From an uncultured Clostridiaceae bacterium (lineage in GTDB: Bacteria; Bacillota; Clostridia; Lutisporales; Lutisporaceae), in the NCBI GenBank assembly GCA_964574195.1, contig CAZNMO010000009.1:1-45346 (forward strand): a DNA stretch of 45,346 nucleotides, in the 5' to 3' direction. The notes beneath the pieces are model-generated. The model worked only from the letters and a program-made list of their open reading frames with translations, was not told where the DNA came from and made no database searches. This document shows, piece by piece, positions 8,692 to 16,659 of this stretch (its first letter is position 1; every line of letters starts with the position of its first letter). The translations under genes and the position numbers were made by a program.

Positions 8692-8928
8692 TCAGACTTC
8701 TTTGTATGTGTCATATACACTTTGTAGTACCGCTTCAAACTCGCTAAATTTGTGAGGTTCTTTCCTTCCATCCTTGTACTCAACCTCTATTTCCTTTTCA
8801 ATATTCAGTAAAGCCCTCGCCATTTCTTTGAACACTATGACTCTCTGTACAGCGCTCGGAAAGTTCGGTGCGTAATTTACCGCTAGGTGTGTTTTATACT
8901 GTTCAAATTGTTGAATTACTGGTATCAT
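8692..8928 (-). CDS. hypothetical protein
   Basis: ORF in the co-directional array with a GGAGAT SD-like site. Confidence 0.55.
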   Translation of the reverse strand: MIPVIQQFEQYKTHLAVNYAPNFPSAVQRVIVFKEMARALLNIEKEIEVEYKDGRKEPHKFSEFEAVLQSVYDTYKEV

Positions 8929-8996
8929 TGTAATTATCTCCGTTCTATTGGTGTTTTTATTATCATACTATAGGTAAGCACAACTTACAAGTAGTA

Positions 8997-9572
8997 TTAT
9001 CTGTTATATGTCTCAAATTTCATTTCAGGTTTGAACATCATAAGATGTTCACGCTCTTCACACAGTTTGTAAAAGGCTTCTCTATCCCCATTGACTAACG
9101 TTTCATCAATACGAGCTTCAAGAACATTCATTTCAGAGTCAAACTTCACACAGCTCAGTACGCTGTCCACTGCGTCCCTTTCGCTGTCGCTCAGGTTTAT
9201 AGGGCAATACAAGTTTTCCTCCCACACAGAATGCCACATCTTGCATCGTTCTCTGCCTTCATACTTTATCTCAATGTAAATATCGTCATCTTGGTTGCGT
9301 TTCACGTGCTCATAGCAGCGCTCTGGGTCGCCCCAACTCTCGCCGTTCAAGAAATATCGGAAAGTCCTTGAATCTACATCCACAGTTGACATTTCGATTC
9401 CTCTTGGGGTTTTATCAGCGTCGTACACAAAGTGGATTCTCTCCAGTTGTTTCCTAGCTTTAGAATGGTTTTTGAGATGCTTTAACAACCAACGACACTC
9501 TCTCAAAGAAAACTCTTGACTACTCAATATAAAATCAATGAATTTCATCTTTTGGTCAACTGTTACAGTCAT
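8997..9572 (-). CDS. hypothetical protein
   Basis: ORF with GGGAGGAA SD, preceded by motif 9601-9632. Confidence 0.6.
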   Translation of the reverse strand: MTVTVDQKMKFIDFILSSQEFSLRECRWLLKHLKNHSKARKQLERIHFVYDADKTPRGIEMSTVDVDSRTFRYFLNGESWGDPERCYEHVKRNQDDDIYIEIKYEGRERCKMWHSVWEENLYCPINLSDSERDAVDSVLSCVKFDSEMNVLEARIDETLVNGDREAFYKLCEEREHLMMFKPEMKFETYNR

Positions 9573-9600
9573 ACGTTTATTCCTCCCAAACCTTTTACCC

Positions 9601-9632
9601 TAAATAAAGAAGGGAGACAAAAGTTGTCTCCC
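9601..9632 (-). promoter_or_regulatory. class-II motif GGGAGA-N18-TTTATTTA (also a hairpin terminator)
   Basis: The stem GGGAGACAA/TTGTCTCCC lies between the two half-sites. Confidence 0.4.
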
Positions 9633-9638
9633 TAATTC

Positions 9639-9773
9639 TCACAGGGCGTTGTCAAGAGCTTCAAACGCTTCTGTAATGGCTGTATAAAATTCAATCTCTT
9701 CTTCTGTTAAAGTTTCCACTATCTCCGCCAGCTGTACCATTATTCCTCTTAACTGTTCTTGTGTTGTACCCAA
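9639..9773 (-). CDS. small acidic protein (44 aa), not in ORF track
   Basis: TTG start after AAAAGGGGGA. Followed by hairpin 9601-9632. Confidence 0.35.
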   Translation of the reverse strand: MGTTQEQLRGIMVQLAEIVETLTEEEIEFYTAITEAFEALDNAL

Positions 9774-9876
9774 TGGTATTCCCCCTTTTCGAGATAATAA
9801 TACTTATTACCCTATATTCGATAATATTCCTGTATACATGAAATTAATTGTATTTCTGTAACATTTATGTAAACAC

Positions 9877-9902
9877 GTAAAAAGCCCAACCGAAGTTGGG
9901 CT
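9877..9902 (-). terminator. rho-independent terminator
   Basis: AGCCCAAC-ttcg-GTTGGGCT followed by TTTTTAC. Confidence 0.7.
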
Positions 9903-9909
9903 GTACGCA

Positions 9910-10797
9910 TCAATCAATTTGTCCTTGTCCAGTTCCAAGTTTACCTTTTGGTGCACTGTCAAATTGCTTGCCTTGCTTGTATCCTGCCTGTTTTGCTTCT
10001 GAATCCCCAAGCCCTTTAGCTGAAGACTTTCCGCCTGTTCTAAACTCCATTTGCTCTACCTCTCGCACAACCAGTTCGTCTTTCACAAGAATCAGTCCCC
10101 AATTTTCCTTTGCAACTTGTTCCTTGAACTTGTCAGCCAAACCTCTTACAAATCCACCAATAAAGTCGTTCTTTAGAGCCGTTGGATTGATTGAAATTCC
10201 CATAGCGTCCTTGATAGCCATAATCAAGCGCATTTGGTATATTTCCTTGTTGTCTCCATATTTTCTTCTCACATGCTCAACTCCAGCGCCCTCTTCATAT
10301 CCAAGTTCTTCAAGCTCGTCCAAAGTCATCTTCTTGAAGTTGTATCCAGATTCTTGTTCCGCTTCCTTCTTGCGCTTCTTCAGATACTGTTTAGCGTGAT
10401 GTTCTACGACGTTACAAGCGTATGTGAATACCTCAATCGCAATCTCAACGTCTTCTTTCACTCCAAGGAATCGAAGTTGTACTTTACCGTTTGGCCAAGA
10501 ATTGAAGTAGGACACGCATCGGAAGTTGTCAGCGATAATTCTTGCCAGTTGTCCTTTCCACCAAACTTTACGTTCTACTGGAGAGCCATAGCCGTGGATA
10601 ACAACCTTTTTAGCAAGTCGCTCTGGGTCAGCCCCTTCAACGTCCTCCATTGTAATTCCGTGTTTTACCATCATTCTTTGAGCCATCATCATTGCCGTTT
10701 CGGCTTCCTCTGGTGTAGCTCCGCTGTTTAGCGCTGCTGTTTTTAATGCCTTCTGAATCTTACCTAAGATTTTTTCATCAACGTTTTTCTCTGTCAT
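9910..10797 (-). CDS. DUF2786-like protein
   Basis: The N-terminus ILGKIQKALKTAALNSGATPEEAETAMMMAQRMMVKHGI matches the DUF2786 pattern from memory. Driven by cassette promoter 10850-10878. Confidence 0.6.
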   Translation of the reverse strand: MTEKNVDEKILGKIQKALKTAALNSGATPEEAETAMMMAQRMMVKHGITMEDVEGADPERLAKKVVIHGYGSPVERKVWWKGQLARIIADNFRCVSYFNSWPNGKVQLRFLGVKEDVEIAIEVFTYACNVVEHHAKQYLKKRKKEAEQESGYNFKKMTLDELEELGYEEGAGVEHVRRKYGDNKEIYQMRLIMAIKDAMGISINPTALKNDFIGGFVRGLADKFKEQVAKENWGLILVKDELVVREVEQMEFRTGGKSSAKGLGDSEAKQAGYKQGKQFDSAPKGKLGTGQGQID

Positions 10798-10849
10798 TTG
10801 AACCGCTCCTTTTAGCTTGGTTTTATGTGGTTTTCTAACTCACAAACCA

Positions 10850-10878
10850 ATCATACTATGAAACTGTACAACCGTCAA
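10850..10878 (-). promoter_or_regulatory. cassette promoter TTGACG-N17-TATGAT
   Basis: -35 at 10873-10878 (TTGACGGTTGT) and -10 at 10850-10855. Confidence 0.65.
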
Positions 10879-10904
10879 GTGTTTTGTCGATTTTTACGAC
10901 AACT

Positions 10905-11237
10905 TTATTCATACGTGTCAATTTTTAATATCAACGTTTCATTCTCAACGTCAATTTCGTACTCGCTGTAACAAACTGACTCTGTCAAATGGTTGTCGAT
11001 AACAAAGTCCTCTCCAAGTTCCTCATCATAGTCCTGAACCAATTCAATGAAGTCACGTTGTACGTCCTCTGCGCTTCTGAACGTGTCGATATTCGTGTCC
11101 AAATCGCCCAATGAGATATTCCCGCAAACTTGTGCTAAATCCTCATAGTTTGTTTCTAGCTGTTCATCATTTATAATGACAATTCCCTTTGAAATTCCTT
11201 TAATTTCGTTCCCACCTATTAAATGCGCCACTATCAT
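10905..11237 (-). CDS. highly acidic hypothetical protein
   Basis: ATG at 11235-11237 after GGAGGAG. Rich in D/E. Confidence 0.6.
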   Translation of the reverse strand: MIVAHLIGGNEIKGISKGIVIINDEQLETNYEDLAQVCGNISLGDLDTNIDTFRSAEDVQRDFIELVQDYDEELGEDFVIDNHLTESVCYSEYEIDVENETLILKIDTYE

Positions 11238-11259
11238 TTGCCACACTCCTCCATGTTAT

Positions 11260-11496
11260 TCATCCCACAGTGAAATACATATCGTCTCTATCCAAGATAA
11301 TAACTTTCATGTCTCGGTAGGACTTCAATTTTCTTGACTTTCCTTCTTTCTTCATCTGTGCTATAATGTTCTCAATTCCGTCAATCTCTGTAACCAATAG
11401 GTTATGCATAGTATTAGATAGGATAAGATGTTCACACTTTCTCCCAAATGTTAAGCGTTCTGTTACAACCTTTTCAATAGCTTGTTGTAGTGCCAT
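11260..11496 (-). CDS. hypothetical protein
   Basis: ATG at 11494-11496 after GAGGTGAG. Confidence 0.6.
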   Translation of the reverse strand: MALQQAIEKVVTERLTFGRKCEHLILSNTMHNLLVTEIDGIENIIAQMKKEGKSRKLKSYRDMKVIILDRDDMYFTVG

Positions 11497-11583
11497 TTTT
11501 CTCACCTCAACTAATAGAACCGTATGGAGAAAAGTTCACTCTGAACAAACATAAAAAGAGGAACTCAAATGAGTCCCTCTGGG

Positions 11584-12027
11584 TTACTTGCTCGCAGGTG
11601 GTTGAATCTCCGCTTTCTTCAAAGCTGCTATCACCCACATAAGGTTGATTTTCTCATTCTCAGTTTCTCGCCACTCCAAATTGTGCTTCTGAGCGATTTC
11701 TTTGAGCGTTTCATAGCTATGTCCTTTCCAGCTAGGCTCTGTGCTCTCTGTCTTTGCAGGTGATTCAATTACAATCGGTTCTGTCTGGATAACAGCCACC
11801 CATTCTTCCTCTACAGCAATGGAAGCTTTCTTGGCTGACAACTTGCGGTCTAGGTCAACCACATATTTCGTTTTCTTTCCTCCTGCTATCGCCGTTTTTA
11901 TTGTTCCTGTACTACCTACCTTAGCAGCATATGTGATTCTCCCGTTCGTGGACTTAAATGACACATCCACGACAAATACAACTCTTGTGTCAGCAGTTAA
12001 CAGCGTTTTGGACTCAGTTTTCGACAT
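11584..12027 (-). CDS. hypothetical protein
   Basis: ATG at 12025-12027 after GAAGGGAAGAG. An alternative start lies at 12045. Confidence 0.6.
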   Translation of the reverse strand: MSKTESKTLLTADTRVVFVVDVSFKSTNGRITYAAKVGSTGTIKTAIAGGKKTKYVVDLDRKLSAKKASIAVEEEWVAVIQTEPIVIESPAKTESTEPSWKGHSYETLKEIAQKHNLEWRETENEKINLMWVIAALKKAEIQPPASK

Positions 12028-12160
12028 GTATACTCTTCCCTTCATACTTTAGGATGTAATTCATTTATTCCCTAATAGCATATACCCTAAAAATCAAAAT
12101 CATTCCTAAAATATGAAAAGTTTTTCAGTTGAATTACACAGCACATGGTATCCATTGGTA

Positions 12161-12192
12161 AAATAAAAAGAAGCTCCTTCAGGAGCTTCTTT
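12161..12192 (-). terminator. rho-independent terminator
   Basis: AGAAGCTC..GAGCTTCT followed by TTTTATTTTACC. Confidence 0.65.
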
Positions 12193-12206
12193 GGCATGTG
12201 GAATTA

Positions 12207-12521
12207 TCAGCCTTTAGTCATAAGGTAAGTAACAAGCGCACCTATAGCCAGGAACGAGATTTGTTTGAAGAAATCAATCCAGCGGTTTGAGTCCTGGTCG
12301 GTATTCTTATCTGATTTGTCCCCTAAAGACTTTAGCTGCGATTTTATGTCCTCCAACATCTGGAAAATCTGACTTACATACACCTTAGTCTCAATGGACT
12401 GTTGGCTCAGATTACTTACTGTTTCAGACAATCTTTCTGTCGTTGTCTCTAATTTATCAACCGTCTTTGACAGTTGCTCCACACGCTCTTCCAATACTTG
12501 AACTTGGCCATTGTTTTCCAT
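12207..12521 (-). CDS. XhlA-like coiled-coil protein with C-terminal TM anchor
   Basis: Heptad-rich N-terminus (VEQLSKTVDKLETTTERLSETVSNL) plus a C-terminal TM (ISFLAIGALVTYLM), the architecture of the XhlA family. Confidence 0.55.
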   Translation of the reverse strand: MENNGQVQVLEERVEQLSKTVDKLETTTERLSETVSNLSQQSIETKVYVSQIFQMLEDIKSQLKSLGDKSDKNTDQDSNRWIDFFKQISFLAIGALVTYLMTKG

Positions 12522-12597
12522 CCTATTCACCCCCGCACGTTATGCAAACAAGTCTACTCGTTATAATCTCCGCTTGGGTTGTGCCATTCTTTTCTGG

Positions 12598-12634
12598 GAA
12601 GAAAAAGGAGCTTCCAATTGAATTAGAAGCCCCC
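12598..12634 (-). terminator. rho-independent terminator
   Basis: GGGGCTTC..GGAAGCTCC followed by TTTTTCTTC. Confidence 0.55.
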
Positions 12635-12718
12635 TTGCTAGTTGTACCGTAATTTTCCTTAATTTCCTATGTTTCCTTGTGTGACAAGAAACACGTCATT
12701 TTCCAACATAGGTTGTGT

Positions 12719-13705
12719 TTACTTCTCTACAAATAGGACTTTGATAAACCCTTTCGCATAAGCGTCGTCAATCTTTGCTCCAGCAGCTCGTGGATGACCT
12801 CCACCGCCCATTTTCTGTGCGAATTCTCCAACGTGAACATCTTCCTTGATTCCTCGGAAGCTTATGGAGTTAGAACCAAAGTTCACCATAGCTATGAAGT
12901 CATACTCTGGATTTTCTGTGGCTAGTACATTCCCAAGCTCTGAGTGATACTGCTCTGCGAACACTACTCCAATGTGATAGCCGTGAGCGTCGATTGGAGT
13001 GATTTTGTCTTTGCGTGACTTGATGTACCGCTCCACTCGTTTGTTCTCCGTATCTACAAGAAGCTGCTCTGAACTTTTGAGGATTGCTTCTGGATTTTCA
13101 ACAAAGCGTTCCACAAATTTATATCGTCCAACAAGCATAAGTAGGTCGTTCAGTTGTTTTGGCAGCACTTGGTTGTACAAGTTGAACCACTCCCAAGTGT
13201 CATATCGTCGAATCTGTTCCACTAGGTCTACCAAACCATGGTCTATATCTTCAATCAACCCACAGTCGAACAGGTAATGGAAGAACAAACTTGTTCCGCT
13301 GGACATACGGTCTTCTCGGCTGTCAACGATACCAGGCAGCGCTTTCTCGTACACGTTCACAGAAGCCCAACCGTAGTCATTCAACCATTCTGCTGTAGCG
13401 TGATGGTCGATAAGCTGAACTTTGTCAGCGAAGCTTTCTTGAATCATGTCAGCTACTTCCTTATTCACAGAAATGTCTGTGATGAATACAGCGTCATAGT
13501 TCTCGTAGTCCTCTGACAACAAGAAGTTCTTCACCTTCTCGTCAATCTCGTTGTATCCGCAATACTCAACCTTACAACTGTCTCCAAACGTAACCTTACC
13601 AACGATAGCACAACCAACGCCGTCCAAGTCGTTGTGCGTGAATAACATCACTTTCAATGGTGTTCCTTCTTTCTCCTCGTTAGGGTTTTCCAAGAATATA
13701 GACAT
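12719..13705 (-). CDS. DHH/DHHA1-family phosphoesterase (NrnA-like)
   Basis: Motifs HNDLDGVGC, FITDIS, LIDHHAT and GGGHPRAAG. ATG at 13703-13705 (alternative 13711). Confidence 0.8.
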   Translation of the reverse strand: MSIFLENPNEEKEGTPLKVMLFTHNDLDGVGCAIVGKVTFGDSCKVEYCGYNEIDEKVKNFLLSEDYENYDAVFITDISVNKEVADMIQESFADKVQLIDHHATAEWLNDYGWASVNVYEKALPGIVDSREDRMSSGTSLFFHYLFDCGLIEDIDHGLVDLVEQIRRYDTWEWFNLYNQVLPKQLNDLLMLVGRYKFVERFVENPEAILKSSEQLLVDTENKRVERYIKSRKDKITPIDAHGYHIGVVFAEQYHSELGNVLATENPEYDFIAMVNFGSNSISFRGIKEDVHVGEFAQKMGGGGHPRAAGAKIDDAYAKGFIKVLFVEK

Positions 13706-13731
13706 ATTCATTCCTCCTTTTTATTTACAGA

Positions 13732-13764
13732 TAAATAAAGGAGCCAACATTGAAGTTGACTCCT
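13732..13764 (-). promoter_or_regulatory. class-II motif AGGAGT-N19-TTTATTTA
   Basis: Upstream of the DHH gene. Confidence 0.45.
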
Positions 13765-13843
13765 GTGATGAGTTACCGCTTCTTAAAAATCGCCCTCGCT
13801 AGTAACCGTCCCAGCTCTCTCAAAAATGAGTTGACGAATGTTT

Positions 13844-14434
13844 TCATATGAAACTCTGCCCTAACTCTACAAATGGGTGACGGTTGAAACGACTAGTAAG
13901 CAAGAACTTCAGGAAGCAAGTATGAGCGTGTGCTGCAGGCATAGTGCCACTAGCAAGTATGCTTCCAAACTCTCTGAAAGGCTTCTCAACCACAGTTATC
14001 GCTTCATCGTGGTCTAGTATCTGTGGTTCAGCAACGCCTTTGACTTCAGCGTAGAAGTAGTGAACAAGCTCGTTTGTGAAGCCCATAGATGAATAAGCTG
14101 CTCCCAGGTCTTCAATAACAGTAGGCGTGAATCCAGTTTCTTCTCGCACCTCACGAATCGCTGCTGACATTGGTAGTTCATTTGGGTTGATTCCGCCTGC
14201 TGGAAGTCCTAAACTGTACCCGTTTGCCCCAGTTCGGTACTCATGACACAACACAATTGTGTCATTAGTCGTATTCTTAATCATAACAACCACACAAGGA
14301 GCTTTCCTCACCAAGTCTCGGTTGATTAAGAGGTCTTTTGGCTCTGAAGACTTGAGTAATATATCCAGTTTGTCCACAGAAAATACTGGACCATCATATA
14401 CAGTTTCATTCTTGATTATTTTACTATGCGTCAT
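13844..14434 (-). CDS. Nudix hydrolase, NudF-like ADP-ribose pyrophosphatase
   Basis: Nudix box GGINPNELPMSAAIREVREETGF, followed by SSMGFTNE (compare SPGFTDE in ADPRases). Confidence 0.8.
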   Translation of the reverse strand: MTHSKIIKNETVYDGPVFSVDKLDILLKSSEPKDLLINRDLVRKAPCVVVMIKNTTNDTIVLCHEYRTGANGYSLGLPAGGINPNELPMSAAIREVREETGFTPTVIEDLGAAYSSMGFTNELVHYFYAEVKGVAEPQILDHDEAITVVEKPFREFGSILASGTMPAAHAHTCFLKFLLTSRFNRHPFVELGQSFI

Positions 14435-14688
14435 TATTTTGTTCCCCCGTCGATTATTATTGTTTTTGGTTGTCTTTTAAAGACTTTTGACACAGCAATT
14501 GGCTCTTTCTTAGTTTCTCCTATAGAGTACCTTGTGTCGTATGTGTCATCCTCTGAATTGTATTTCAATATATCTGTTTCTATGAAATAGATACCGCCGT
14601 GCTCATTAATGTGTTCAGCAACCACGTTGAAAGCTTCCTCCAACGTGGGCTGTTTGGGAGCGTACTTCTTTCTCATACGCTTATTCAC
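14434..14688 (-). CDS. hypothetical protein
   Basis: GTG at 14686-14688 lies 9 nt after AAGGAGG. It overlaps the sigma stop by 8 nt and abuts the Nudix start. Confidence 0.5.
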   Translation of the reverse strand: MNKRMRKKYAPKQPTLEEAFNVVAEHINEHGGIYFIETDILKYNSEDDTYDTRYSIGETKKEPIAVSKVFKRQPKTIIIDGGTK

Positions 14689-16042
14689 AGGCTGCTGCCT
14701 CCTTAGACTTGATTTGCACAAAGAATGTTACATCTTCTGCTTCATATATGCCGAACATTTCCACCATCTTTGAGAACTCGGACACAAGTTGGTCTGAACT
14801 TTTGGCTTCTCCTTTCAGAGTGAAGTTCACAACTTGTGCACTACTCTTTGACTTTTCCAAAGGCGGTATTGGAGCGCCAACCCATTCTAGTGATGAAGTT
14901 TCCTTTGGTTCTGGAAGTGCAACTTCAGCTCCTAGTTGTGGAACAGTCTCGGTTACTTCCTCAAGAGTAACATGCGTTTTCGGCTCTGGTTTAGGCAGTT
15001 CTTCCAAGATTTTCTTGCCCTCTTCCAATCGTTTGTTCTTGACCTCTGGCTCTGGCGCTGGTTTTGGTTTTGTTGTAACCTTTGGTTCAGCCTTTGGTGA
15101 TGCTGTATTCTTGGACTTGCTTTGTGTTTTTCTTGGATTCTTTTTAGGTTTTGCATCCACACCAATCGTCTTTCCTCGGATATTCAACCCATGATACGCA
15201 ACAGTTGCGTATGACACCCCAGTTTCAGCAGATATGTCTTTGTAGCTCATTTCTGTGTCCCTGATTAGTCTTTTTGCTTCTTCAACCATTTCTTTGTGTG
15301 ACAATTCGTCTTCCTCCCTTTTCTGGTACTCAAGATACTTTTCGCCAATTTTCTTCAGTATTCGACTGACCTGGACTTGGGTCACGCCTATCTGTTCAGC
15401 TATTGCTGACTGTGTCAAACCTTCCATAACTCCTTGAATCACCGTTTGGTCTTTTTCAGAAAGCGTGTCCAAGAAGTCGTTCACAAACATAAAAGTGTGG
15501 TCGTCACGTGAAGAAAGCGTGTCCCCAATCGTTATGGAGTCTGTGTCATCCTTCCCTCCCGTAGGTGTTTCTGTGGAAGTCGCTCTGGAGAAATAAATGT
15601 AATCAAATCCATCCTCCGCATAGTTTATTGGCACATCAAGAATCTTTGCCACTTCCTCTGGAGTCTTGTCTTCAAGCTCTCCATGGATAATCTTGTAAGC
15701 TGTCTCTTTGGCGTTTCGTGAAAACTTAGCGCCTGGGTTGTGGTCTCGAATCAGTCTCAGGATTTCCCCTTTAATCATTGGAACTGCATATGTTGAGAAT
15801 TTTACGCCGTTACCGCTTGTGCCTTTAAAAGCCGTTGGGTCAAACCGTTCGTATGCTTTAACGAATCCCATAAACCCACATTGTACTATGTCTTCATAGT
15901 CCATACCGTTCGCTTCAGCTCGGCTGGCATACCGTTTGGTAACATGATAAATCAATCTTTCGTTTTCTGCTAAGTATTCATCCAAGTCTCCAAGATGCGG
16001 GTTGAATTTTACCCGTTTAACTTTTTCTGCCGTTCTTCCCAT
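14681..16042 (-). CDS. sigma-70-family RNA polymerase sigma factor with ~200-aa C-terminal extension
   Basis: Region 2 is DIVQCGFMGFVKAYERFDP..FSTYAVPMIKGEILRLIRD. Region 4 is LSEKDQTVIQGVMEGLTQSAIAEQIGVTQVQVSRILKK. ATG at 16040-16042 after GAGGGGAG. Confidence 0.85.
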   Translation of the reverse strand: MGRTAEKVKRVKFNPHLGDLDEYLAENERLIYHVTKRYASRAEANGMDYEDIVQCGFMGFVKAYERFDPTAFKGTSGNGVKFSTYAVPMIKGEILRLIRDHNPGAKFSRNAKETAYKIIHGELEDKTPEEVAKILDVPINYAEDGFDYIYFSRATSTETPTGGKDDTDSITIGDTLSSRDDHTFMFVNDFLDTLSEKDQTVIQGVMEGLTQSAIAEQIGVTQVQVSRILKKIGEKYLEYQKREEDELSHKEMVEEAKRLIRDTEMSYKDISAETGVSYATVAYHGLNIRGKTIGVDAKPKKNPRKTQSKSKNTASPKAEPKVTTKPKPAPEPEVKNKRLEEGKKILEELPKPEPKTHVTLEEVTETVPQLGAEVALPEPKETSSLEWVGAPIPPLEKSKSSAQVVNFTLKGEAKSSDQLVSEFSKMVEMFGIYEAEDVTFFVQIKSKEAAACE

Positions 16043-16084
16043 GGTCACTTTGTCTCCCCTCTCGCTCTTATGAGTCATCTGCAA

Positions 16085-16117
16085 TAAATAAAGAGCGAAA
16101 GTGAAAAGTTTACTCCA
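16085..16117 (-). promoter_or_regulatory. class-II motif TGGAGT-N19-TTTATTTA
   Basis: Immediately after terminator 16119-16153 and upstream of the sigma gene. Confidence 0.45.
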
Positions 16118-16118
16118 T

Positions 16119-16153
16119 AAAATAAAAAAGAAGCCCCTCCAGTGTGGGGCTTC
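16119..16153 (-). terminator. rho-independent terminator
   Basis: GAAGCCCC-loop-GGGGCTTC followed by TTTTTTATTTT. Confidence 0.75.
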
Positions 16154-16163
16154 TCATTTCTTA

Positions 16164-16541
16164 TTACATTATCGTTGTGTGGTCTACGAATAAGTCAACT
16201 GGTAAGTGACTATAGTCTCCGTAGTGTTTTCTGTGTTCAGCGTCAAGGTTTTCCGCTACTACCCAGTGAGTTGAATACCAGTAGGCTACCATGATTTGGT
16301 CTTCTTTCGATAGTTCTTCAAAAGGAACTTCATGTGCTTCCGTACCTCTTCCAACTCTAGTGTGTTGGTATATCATATCTTCAATTATGTCTTGAATTTC
16401 TTTGTGGTCTGGGTTAGGTTCTAGGATTTGAGTCACCTTTACCATTCCGCTTCCGCAATCATAACCGTAACTTGAGTGAAGTCTCTTTTGTTGTCCAACT
16501 TTCACCGTTACCGCTTCAGAGATTACTTGGATTTCTTTCAT
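16164..16541 (-). CDS. hypothetical protein
   Basis: Driven by cassette promoter 16596-16624 and followed by terminator 16119-16153. Confidence 0.65.
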   Translation of the reverse strand: MKEIQVISEAVTVKVGQQKRLHSSYGYDCGSGMVKVTQILEPNPDHKEIQDIIEDMIYQHTRVGRGTEAHEVPFEELSKEDQIMVAYWYSTHWVVAENLDAEHRKHYGDYSHLPVDLFVDHTTIM

Positions 16542-16595
16542 TTTAACCGCTCCTATTCAACTTGGTATTTTTGTAAGTCTCTCGCTTACAAGTTA

Positions 16596-16624
16596 ATCAT
16601 ATACTATATGGAGACAACCGTCAA
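16596..16624 (-). promoter_or_regulatory. cassette promoter TTGACG-N17-TATGAT
   Basis: -35 at 16619-16624 and -10 at 16596-16601. A 5' hairpin TTGTAAG/CTTACAA follows. Confidence 0.7.
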
Positions 16625-16659
16625 CTGTTTTGTTGAAACTTTTTGGAAAAGTTTTCATC

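Noticed and set aside
9636-9647. 12-mer TTCTCACAGGGC shared with 33769-33780
   Set aside because: A single 12-nt match is expected by chance many times in a 45-kb window, and the flanks show no similarity.
9896-10731. Plus-strand ORFs 9896..10399 and 10234..10731
   Set aside because: They are antisense shadows of the DUF2786-like gene. Their S/L/F-rich composition is typical of reverse frames, and neither has an SD.
12581-12586. TGGCAC resembling the -24 element of sigma-54 promoters
   Set aside because: No TTGC(A/T) -12 element lies at the required spacing.
14709-15194. Plus-strand ORF 14709..15194 and nested minus-strand ORF 14953..15165
   Set aside because: Both lie inside the sigma-factor gene, in the K/P/E low-complexity region, which keeps alternative frames open.
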